Below, in pieces: positions 56,359-64,000 of a stretch of DNA of 64,000 bases. A program made the position numbers and the translations under genes. This stretch comes from an uncultured Acidobacteriota bacterium (GTDB taxonomy: Bacteria > Acidobacteriota > Thermoanaerobaculia > UBA5066 > DATFVB01), in contig CAWEYG010000001.1 in NCBI GenBank assembly GCA_963813155.1, forward strand, positions 352,001 through 416,000. Direction: 5' to 3'. Position 1 is the first letter of the stretch, and each line of letters starts with the position of its first letter. A model generated the notes under the pieces. The model saw only the letters and a program-made list of their open reading frames with translations. It was not told the origin of the DNA and searched no databases.

Positions 56359-57826
56359 ATGCAGCACACCATCATCATCGGAGGCGGACCCGCCGGGCTC
56401 ACGGCCGCCTACGAGCTCTCCAAACACGGATCGAAGGCGACCGTTCTCGAGGCGAGCCCAGTCCGCGTCGGAGGCCTCGCCCGAACGGAGAGATACAAGG
56501 GCTTTCATTTCGACATCGGAGGGCCATCGGTTCTTCTCGAAGAGCCAGGAGGTCGAAGATCTCTGGACGGAGCTTCTCGGCGACGCGATGCTCGTCCGCG
56601 GACGCCTCTCCCGAATCTACTACCGCCACAAATTCTTCGATTACCCGCTGAAGGCGATGAACGTCGTGAAGAACCTCGGCCTGGTCAACGTTTTTCTGGC
56701 CATGGCGAGCTTCCTTCGGGCCCAGATTCGCCCGATTCCGAACGCCAGATCCTTCGAGGACTGGACGATCAACGCGTTCGGGCGGCGTCTCTATCGAACA
56801 TTCTTCAAGACCTACACGGAAAAGGTCTGGGGGGTCCCCTGCTCGGAGATCTCCGCCGACTGGGCGGCGCAGCGCATCAAGGGCCTTTCGATGGTTTCGC
56901 TTCTCAAGGCAACCCTCCTTCCGAAGCGGAAGGGCCCCCGCGCGAAAGTCATCAAGACGCTGATCGACCAGTTCCGCTATCCGGAACACGGCCCGGGGCA
57001 GATGTGGGAGACGTGCGCGGAAAGAATCCGGGATGCCGGAAGCCGGGTCGAGATGGGTGTCGAGGTCCGGCGAGTCGAGCGCGACGGCTCCGGCGTCAAG
57101 GCGCTCGTCGGGAGCCGGAACGGCGAGGACGTCCGCTTCGACGGCACCCATTTCCTTTCGTCGATGCCGATCCGCGAGCTTGTGGCAAGCTTCGATCCCC
57201 CCGCTCCGGCGGAGGTCGTCCGCGCCGCGAACAGCCTGAAGTATCGCGACTTCCTCACCGTCGCCCTGATCGTCGACGAGCCGGACCTCTTTCCCGACAA
57301 CTGGATCTACATCCACGATCCCTCCGTGCGTCTCGGGCGGATCCAGAACTTCAAGAACTGGAGCCCGGCGATGGTCCCGGACCCGAAGTTCTCCTGCCTG
57401 GGCCTCGAGTACTTCGTCAACGAAGGGGACGACCTCTGGTCCATGCCGGACGCCGATCTCGTCGCTCTCGGAAAGCGCGAGGTCGGGAAGCTCGGCCTGA
57501 TCGACCCGGCGAAAGTCACCGACGGCTGCGTCGTACGAATGAAGAAGGCGTACCCGGTTTACGACGACGAGTATGCGATTCACGTCGCGAAGATTCGGGA
57601 GTTCATCGAGGCCGAGACCCCGAACCTGCAGCTGATCGGCCGGAACGGGATGCACAAGTACAACAACCAGGACCACGCGATGATGACGGGCCTTCTCGCC
57701 GCCCGGAACATCCTGGGAGGAAGCTTCGACGTCTGGAAAGTGAACTCCGACGCCGAGTACCACGAGGAAGGCGAGGTTCAGGATTCCGCGAGGGCCATTC
57801 CGAGGACGGTCCGGAAGGAATCCTGA
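56359..57826 (+). CDS. NAD(P)/FAD-dependent oxidoreductase (UGM/HemY-like), frameshift near 56520
   Basis: IIIGGGPAGLTAA, VGGLART, FDIGG(H)RFFSK, YTEKVWG, WAAQRI, AYPVY and GRNGMHKYNNQDH motifs. Confidence 0.85.
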
Positions 57827-59425
57827 TCAATCCGCCGGCAGCTTCGACGGTCGCGGCTCGATCCCGAAGAAGTCGATTTGAATGTGCTCGCCAGGATTGC
57901 GGAAATGTCGCATTTCCGTCAACGGAAATCGCTTCCGGATCCCTGCTCGCAACTCATCGGTTCGAGTCTTGAAAGGCAGGGTCCCGTCCCCGCCAACCGC
58001 CCACACGAGGACGACGCGATTCACCGGATGGGTTCGGACGTCGACATCGAGAGCCGTCAGACATCGATCGACGATCCCGGGATCGGGCCAGAGCCGCGCG
58101 TAGTCGCCGAAGTTCTCGAACGCCGGCTCGTTCCAGTGGACGAAACCGCGCACGACGACGCCGGGAGGCGCGTAGTACCAGAGCGTCGGTCCGATCATGT
58201 CGGGCGCGCCGATGACGAGGTCTCCCGGGCGCAGGGTCCCGTCCCGAAAGAAACCGCGCATGACGGTCTTGGTGGCGCCGCCGCGGGCCGCGGCGGCCGC
58301 GCCGGCGCGCTCATCGACGCCTCTGGCCGCGGCGCACACCGCCATCACCGCGACGGACGCGAGCGCGGTGCGCTTTTCCCAGGTCCCCGTGTTTCGAGCG
58401 GCGGCGGCAACGATCGCCACCAGACTGCCGCACACGACCATCGCGAGAGCGACCGGCACCGTGATGTAGCGGACGGGAGGGGCTTTCAGGCCGACCGCAA
58501 AGAAAGACGCGCCGATCGCGAGCGCGAGGACTGCCAGCGGCGCAGCCTGACGGCGAAGCTCGGCGCGAGCAGCTCTCGAGCTCGCGAGGAGCGCGGCGGT
58601 GGCCAGCGCGAGCCCGAGAATCGTCGCGCGGCTCGCGGATGGGGGCATTCCGGGAAGCAGCGATAAAGCCTTGAACTCGAAGATGCTGCGGATCGAGCTC
58701 GGCCGAAGAGTTCCAGCCCACGGGAACCCGACGTGGAGCTGCCGCCAGACGATGGGAACCCACGGAAGGAAAACCGCGCCCGCCGCCAGCGCGCACGCGG
58801 CCACCGGAAGCCAGACGCCGCGATCGCGCCGCCTCGTCGAGGCGATGACCGCAAACGCGCCGATCGCCGCGACCACGACGGTTCCCGCGTAGTGAGACAT
58901 GGCCGTCAGCGCGAAAAGCAGGCCCACGAGAACCGCATCGCCCGGGCGCGACACTCCCGACGATCTCCGGCGTCGAAAACGGAAGACCGCCCAGATCGAA
59001 AGCGCGGCGAGAGCGGCGGAGAGCGAATAGGGGCGCACTTCCGCGCTCATGTCGATCAGGAGACGATGTTCGGCTGAAAAGAGTCCGGCGAGAACGCCCG
59101 CGACCGGTCCGAAAGCCTCCGCGCCCGCGAGAGCGATCGCACCGCAGGCCAGCGCTCCGAGCGCGATCGCGAGGGCCTTGACCGGCACCTCTCCAAAGCC
59201 AAAAACTCGCCCGTACCCGGCAAGCAGGGCATTGAAGAGCGGAGGGCTGTAGTCGATCGCTTCCTGCCGGCGCAGAAATTCGTGAATGCCGGGCGACTCT
59301 GCGACATAGACGGCCGTCGCTTCGTCCTCCCACAATCCCTGCTTCAGGACCGGGAGCCGGACGAAAGCGGCGAACGCGGTGACCGCGAAAAACAGCACGA
59401 TTTTCGCCCGCGCTCCTGCCGTCAC
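57827..59425 (-). CDS. GT39/PMT_2-like GT-C glycosyltransferase
   Basis: GLWEDEA, DYSPPLF, SAEVRPYSL, SHY and FLPWVP motifs. Confidence 0.8.
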   Translation of the reverse strand: MTAGARAKIVLFFAVTAFAAFVRLPVLKQGLWEDEATAVYVAESPGIHEFLRRQEAIDYSPPLFNALLAGYGRVFGFGEVPVKALAIALGALACGAIALAGAEAFGPVAGVLAGLFSAEHRLLIDMSAEVRPYSLSAALAALSIWAVFRFRRRRSSGVSRPGDAVLVGLLFALTAMSHYAGTVVVAAIGAFAVIASTRRRDRGVWLPVAACALAAGAVFLPWVPIVWRQLHVGFPWAGTLRPSSIRSIFEFKALSLLPGMPPSASRATILGLALATAALLASSRAARAELRRQAAPLAVLALAIGASFFAVGLKAPPVRYITVPVALAMVVCGSLVAIVAAAARNTGTWEKRTALASVAVMAVCAAARGVDERAGAAAAARGGATKTVMRGFFRDGTLRPGDLVIGAPDMIGPTLWYYAPPGVVVRGFVHWNEPAFENFGDYARLWPDPGIVDRCLTALDVDVRTHPVNRVVLVWAVGGDGTLPFKTRTDELRAGIRKRFPLTEMRHFRNPGEHIQIDFFGIEPRPSKLPAD

Positions 59426-61164
59426 GGCTTCGACGCCTCCGGAAGAAGCCACCTTCCCGAAAGGACCGTGCCTTTTCCGAACGCCTGCTGCCGCGGAAGA
59501 TTCTCGTTCAACCAGGCGATCAGAGCATCGGCGAAGCCGTGGCCGAACTGGCCGCTGTGAAAGATGCCGAAACTGCCTTCGAAGATCGCGGCGGCTTTCG
59601 GAGGCGTCTTCCGGCAGCGCTCGATCAGCTCGGCCTCGTCGGTCAGATAGCCGGGCGAGATCCAGATGAAATACAGGAGGTTTCGGCGATCGAGAAGGAA
59701 GTCGAAGCCGTACGTCTGCGGCATCATCAGAATCGGATCTCCGGGGGACGTGTGGGCGCGGAGAAACTCGAACGTAGAGGAGAGCGCGGGCGCCAGGTCT
59801 TTCGAAACGTAAACCGTCCCGCGGGGGGAAGTGATCGCCGTCGTTTCCCGCCACCCGCGCTCCAGGGACTTCAGCCGGCCGAGGCCGAACCATCCGATCG
59901 CGAGGAGAAAAGCTCCCGCCGCCGCGAGCGATCGCCGCCCGGCGTTTCGAGGACCGCGGATCGCCCACCCGATCAGGGGGGCCACGACCGGGACCGCGAG
60001 GACGTATCCCATGCCGGAGTAATAGGCTTCGATGTTTCCCCGATAGCCCTCGCGCTGCAGCAGGACGAGTCCTCCGAGCGCAAATGCGAAGAAAGCCCCG
60101 AGTTCGCGCCGGCGGCCTTCCCTTCCGACGACGAAGGCCCCTCCGATCACCGCGGGAACGACGAGCGTCAACGGAAGGAAATGGCTCCCTTCGGTCCAGC
60201 GCCACCACCAGAGAACCCACGCCCCGAGGAGCGCCCCGGCGAGCGCGGCGCGAGTCCGCCTCCGAAAATCCTTCGCGTAGAGCGCGACCCAGAGCGTTCC
60301 GCCGAAGGCGAGGAGATCGACGAACGAATTGCCCGCCTCGACGAACCGGGTAGGGAGGTCGTCGAGGCCCAGGACCCGGCGGTAGAGCGCGGCCCACGGT
60401 GCGGGGATCTTCGCCCAGGGCCACAGGATGTTCTCCGCCACGAAGCGCCGAAACGGCTCGCCTCCTTTCACGAGAGCGAGAGTTCCGAAATAGACGGCGA
60501 GGAACAGAAGCCCAGAGAGGAAGAGCGCACGGGCCTTCTCGCCGATCCGAAGCTGCGGCGAGAACACGACGAGCGAGGCAATCCCGAGGGCAGCCGCGAC
60601 TCCGAATTCCTGCTTCGTGAGAAACGCCGCCGCCGCGACCGCTCCCGAGAGGGAGGCCGCGAGGCTCTTCCCTCGCCGAAGGCAGGCGTCCGCCAGGAAC
60701 AGCGCCGCCAGGGCGAGCAAAAGGGCCTGCGACATCGCAAACGCGCAGGGGTAGAGAAGGTTCCCGGGCCCGACCATCCAGACGATCAGCGCGACGAGAA
60801 TCGCGGAAGAGATCCAGCGCTCGACGCCGGAAAGAAAGCGGCGCGCGAAAAGCTGGATCCCCGCGACCGCCAGGGCACCGACGACGAACTGGAAGACGAC
60901 GAGCGAGGAAATCCGCATGCCGAAAACCCGGACAACCGCTTCGAGGATCCAGAGACTCCCGGGACCCCACTGCAGGCGAACCTCGTGCATCGCCCGGCCG
61001 CCGGAGACGAGACTCTGCGCCGCCGAAAACCAGAATCCGTGATCCTCGGTGACGTTTCCCCAGCGGCCCCGTCCCAGAACCGCGAACACGGCCGCGCCCA
61101 GGAGGACGAGGAGCTCGGGGCCGTAGTTCGACCGGTTCGACCGGCCCGAAACGTCGGAAGTCAC
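59422..61164 (-). CDS. multi-pass membrane protein, GT-C-like (resembles 35751..37482)
   Basis: EDHG...A..L..G......QWGP, LLYP, TKQEFG, SPRGTV and TSPGDPI..P....FDFL motifs. Confidence 0.65.
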   Translation of the reverse strand: MTSDVSGRSNRSNYGPELLVLLGAAVFAVLGRGRWGNVTEDHGFWFSAAQSLVSGGRAMHEVRLQWGPGSLWILEAVVRVFGMRISSLVVFQFVVGALAVAGIQLFARRFLSGVERWISSAILVALIVWMVGPGNLLYPCAFAMSQALLLALAALFLADACLRRGKSLAASLSGAVAAAAFLTKQEFGVAAALGIASLVVFSPQLRIGEKARALFLSGLLFLAVYFGTLALVKGGEPFRRFVAENILWPWAKIPAPWAALYRRVLGLDDLPTRFVEAGNSFVDLLAFGGTLWVALYAKDFRRRTRAALAGALLGAWVLWWWRWTEGSHFLPLTLVVPAVIGGAFVVGREGRRRELGAFFAFALGGLVLLQREGYRGNIEAYYSGMGYVLAVPVVAPLIGWAIRGPRNAGRRSLAAAGAFLLAIGWFGLGRLKSLERGWRETTAITSPRGTVYVSKDLAPALSSTFEFLRAHTSPGDPILMMPQTYGFDFLLDRRNLLYFIWISPGYLTDEAELIERCRKTPPKAAAIFEGSFGIFHSGQFGHGFADALIAWLNENLPRQQAFGKGTVLSGRWLLPEASKP

Positions 61165-61177
61165 CTCGGCCGCCCGG

Positions 61178-62224
61178 CTACGAGGCGCGGAAGTCGATCG
61201 CGACTTCGCGACGGCCCTCGTGGACGTTCCCGATGGCATAGAAGGGCTGTCCGCCCGACTCGAAGAGCTTCGCGACGCGAACCATGTTCTCCGGCCGGAC
61301 GAAAAGGATCATTCCCACTCCCATGTTGAAGACGCGGAACATCTCCTCCGCCCCGACTCTTCCCTTTTCGGCGATGAACTCGAACAGCGGGAGAACCGGC
61401 CACGCCCCCGCGCGGACCGTGACGCCGACGTCCGGCGGGAGCACGCGCGGAATGTTGTCGAAAAAGCCGCCTCCGGTGATGTGGGCCATCGCGCCGATCA
61501 GGTCTTCGGCGAGAAGCGGCCGGAGCGCGCCGAGATAGGACCGATGCGGCGCGAGAAGGAGGTCCGCGACCGTCGCTCCCCCGCATTCGCGGACGGGATC
61601 GCCCGGCTTCATTCCCAGTTCGTCGAAAAAGATCTTTCGCGCGAGCGAATAGCCGTTCGTGTGGAGACCATCCGAGGGAAGGCCGACGAGAACGTCGCCC
61701 GGACGGACCTTCGAGCCGTCGAGGATCCGGGCGCGGTCGACGACCCCCACGATCGTGCCCGCGACGTCGTAATCGCCCTCGGCGTACATTCCCGGCATCT
61801 CCGCCGTCTCCCCGCCCAGGAGCGCGCACCCGTTCTCCCGGCAGCCGCGCGCGACCGACGAGATCACCTGCTCGATCACGCCGGGCTCGACCTTTCCCGT
61901 CGCGACGTAATCGAGGAAGAACAGCGGTTCCGCGCCCTGGACCAGAATGTCGTTCACGCAATGATTGACGAGGTCGGCTCCGCACGTGTCGTGCCGGCCC
62001 GCGAGGGCCGCGACCTTGAGTTTCGTGCCGACCCCGTCCGTCGAAGCGACGAGAACGGGCTCCTTGTACTTCGAGAAATCGGGGCGGAAGAGGCCGCCGA
62101 ATCCGCCGACGTCTCCGAGCACTCCGGGAGTGAACGTCGATCGAATGGCGTCCCTCGCGGCCGCGATCGCGTTCATCTTCGCGTCGATGTCGACGCCGGC
62201 CGAGGCGTAGCGGGAGGGTTTCAA
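61178..62224 (-). CDS. purM: phosphoribosylformylglycinamidine cyclo-ligase
   Basis: YASAGVDID, GGFGGLF, STDGVGTK, LFFLDY, GGETAEMPG, GLHTNGYSL, HITGGG and FNMGVG motifs. Confidence 0.96.
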   Translation of the reverse strand: MKPSRYASAGVDIDAKMNAIAAARDAIRSTFTPGVLGDVGGFGGLFRPDFSKYKEPVLVASTDGVGTKLKVAALAGRHDTCGADLVNHCVNDILVQGAEPLFFLDYVATGKVEPGVIEQVISSVARGCRENGCALLGGETAEMPGMYAEGDYDVAGTIVGVVDRARILDGSKVRPGDVLVGLPSDGLHTNGYSLARKIFFDELGMKPGDPVRECGGATVADLLLAPHRSYLGALRPLLAEDLIGAMAHITGGGFFDNIPRVLPPDVGVTVRAGAWPVLPLFEFIAEKGRVGAEEMFRVFNMGVGMILFVRPENMVRVAKLFESGGQPFYAIGNVHEGRREVAIDFRAS

Positions 62225-62252
62225 GGAAATCGAGCTTATACCAGCGCTTCGC

Positions 62253-63926
62253 TCAATCGAACCCGTAAAGGAGGGGTTCGTTGACGGGACAGGGCCGGTC
62301 CGCGGGATTGCGAAGCGGCGTGGAATAGACAAAGGCGAATCGGGGCACGAGGGAGGGATTGTCGACGCTGACCGTATGCGTCTTTTTGCTCAGGTAGACA
62401 TGATCCTGCGCGAGGACTCCGTCGATCCTGACCCCCGGAAGGCCGGCCAGATCCATCCGGTAGTCTCCGGCAACCGGCGGCTCGTACGGAACGGCGCCCG
62501 CCGAGAAGTCCTCGGCGGAGAAGACATGACCGGGCGCCAGAAGGCAGCTGTCGATCCAGACATAGTGCGATTTCAGGTAATCCATGTCGGCGGCATTCAG
62601 CCAGCCGAGCCGATAGGTGGAGATGATCAGCGTCACACGAGATTGCTGGAGGTCGTCCGCGATGGAATACCAGTCGCCCGAGGCGTACTTCGGAAGGAGC
62701 CCGGTAAACAGCCACCAGTGAGGGATGCCGGGGCGGAAGAGGTGCATCCCCTGCCAGTCAAAAACGTGCTCGTCCGGCGATGTGGATTTCCAGATCCACC
62801 TCACGACCCGCTTCTGTGCTTCGTTGGTTCGAGAGAGAACCTTCGCCAGCGACGGGACCCCCTCGGCCGCCGCCGTCAGGCAGACGAGACCCATCGCCAG
62901 CACGGCGGTGCGCGCGCTGCCCCGAAATCGCTCGACCGCAATCGGGATGCCCGGGATCAGCGTCGCGAGAAGGGGTGTGAAGAGGTCGAAGTTGTACGGG
63001 AAAAAAAAGGGATTGAGGCGCAGAAAGAGGCCAAAGAAGGAGACCACCAGAATCGCGTAAACGGCGGGACGGAAGCCTTCCCGCCGCCGGCCGAGGAGCG
63101 AAAGGAGAAAACCGATCGCGCCGAGACCGATGAGCAGAAAAGTAAACGGGGAATTGTGGAACACCGCGGCGGAATGGACTCCCGCCTTCCCTTCGCCGCC
63201 GATCTTCAGAGAGACGACGGTTTCTTCGAGCCCCCCCCGGAAGATCTTCCAGGTCTCCTTGACGACGAGCCGCCCGAGGTACGCGACGACCGGAATCAGG
63301 GCCCCCGCCAGGAGGCGCGCCAGAGGAGCAACGAATCGGGGCCACGTCAGAAGAACGACCGCCGCCGCCGCAAACGGTGCCGCCACTCCGTACTTGTAAT
63401 CCAGGATCACCGCGAGGCCGAAGAGAAAACCGATCCATTCCGGCTTGAACGCGGCTCCGGCCCCGAGCAGGAGAAGCGCGCCGCCCAGTAAACACGTGGT
63501 GCCGAAGGGGTCCGACCGAATGTCCTCCGCGCGCAGGATGAGGTCGGGCTGCCACGCCGCGACGGCGCAAGCGGCAAGCGCCCAGCATTTCGTCGCTCCG
63601 AGCCGCCTCGCGATCCGAAAGACGAGGTAGAGGTTGGCGAGATTGGCGAGAAGCACGAGAGCTCTCGCGATATCCAGCGACAGAAAGGATTCCGGGAACC
63701 ACAGGAAGAGCTTCTTGAGAAGCTCCTGAAGCAGGAAGACGTAACCGTATCCATATCCTCCGGCCCCCCGGGCGTAGGCCCAGGTACCCCAACCAAAGGC
63801 AAAATCGTCGTGGTTGTAGTCCCGCCGAAACCAGAAGACGACCCGGAGAAGAAGAGATGCGCCAATCAGAAGAGTCGGCAGCCACTCCGCTCCCCGGGGA
63901 AGAAACTTCCTGGCCACAGAGCTCAA
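62253..63926 (-). CDS. multi-pass membrane protein, GT-C-like
   Basis: DYNHDDF first loop, EDIRSDP and DYK motifs; many TM helices and a periplasmic C-terminal domain. Confidence 0.65.
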   Translation of the reverse strand: MSSVARKFLPRGAEWLPTLLIGASLLLRVVFWFRRDYNHDDFAFGWGTWAYARGAGGYGYGYVFLLQELLKKLFLWFPESFLSLDIARALVLLANLANLYLVFRIARRLGATKCWALAACAVAAWQPDLILRAEDIRSDPFGTTCLLGGALLLLGAGAAFKPEWIGFLFGLAVILDYKYGVAAPFAAAAVVLLTWPRFVAPLARLLAGALIPVVAYLGRLVVKETWKIFRGGLEETVVSLKIGGEGKAGVHSAAVFHNSPFTFLLIGLGAIGFLLSLLGRRREGFRPAVYAILVVSFFGLFLRLNPFFFPYNFDLFTPLLATLIPGIPIAVERFRGSARTAVLAMGLVCLTAAAEGVPSLAKVLSRTNEAQKRVVRWIWKSTSPDEHVFDWQGMHLFRPGIPHWWLFTGLLPKYASGDWYSIADDLQQSRVTLIISTYRLGWLNAADMDYLKSHYVWIDSCLLAPGHVFSAEDFSAGAVPYEPPVAGDYRMDLAGLPGVRIDGVLAQDHVYLSKKTHTVSVDNPSLVPRFAFVYSTPLRNPADRPCPVNEPLLYGFD

Positions 63927-64000
63927 TTCACGGATCCGTCAGCGATCCGCGCGCTTTTCGTCCTTCAATCCGAAACCTGCGTCTTGTAACGACTCCAGGC

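Overview
High-GC bacterial chromosome window. Gene content (acidobacterial-type VWA protein, DUF4388, DUF6600) suggests Acidobacteriota, possibly Thermoanaerobaculia; this is an inference. Many single-base frameshifts, including one in purN, look like long-read consensus errors. Left part: ferritin-like/anti-sigma/ECF/Spy module, SpoIID-SPOR lipoprotein, DnaC-like ATPase, cyanophycin genes cphB-cphA, VWA protein, MFS, SufT, a porin-acs-CUT1 ABC operon, FadF-like Fe-S protein, DUF4388 protein, alpha/beta hydrolase, a fibre-like secreted protein, L,D-transpeptidase and a DUF6600 protein. Middle: a complete minus-strand rRNA operon (16S-tRNA-Ile-tRNA-Ala-23S-5S). Right part: a ~28 kb glycosylation region that separates purM from purN by ~23 kb. 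It holds rfbF-rfbG-rfbH, a GtrB-like GT2, an SDR, a YerE-like ThDP enzyme, GT2, flippase, FkbM, a low-GC radical SAM enzyme, an orphan NeuB-like synthase, a GT75/STELLO-like protein, an FAD oxidoreductase and six GT-C-like membrane proteins. The best candidate for an undescribed system is a pathway that builds a long-chain C4-branched 3,6-dideoxy sugar and transfers it via polyprenyl phosphate. Also notable are a REP-like palindrome inserted in frame in the ThDP enzyme and recurrent leaderless-type promoters.
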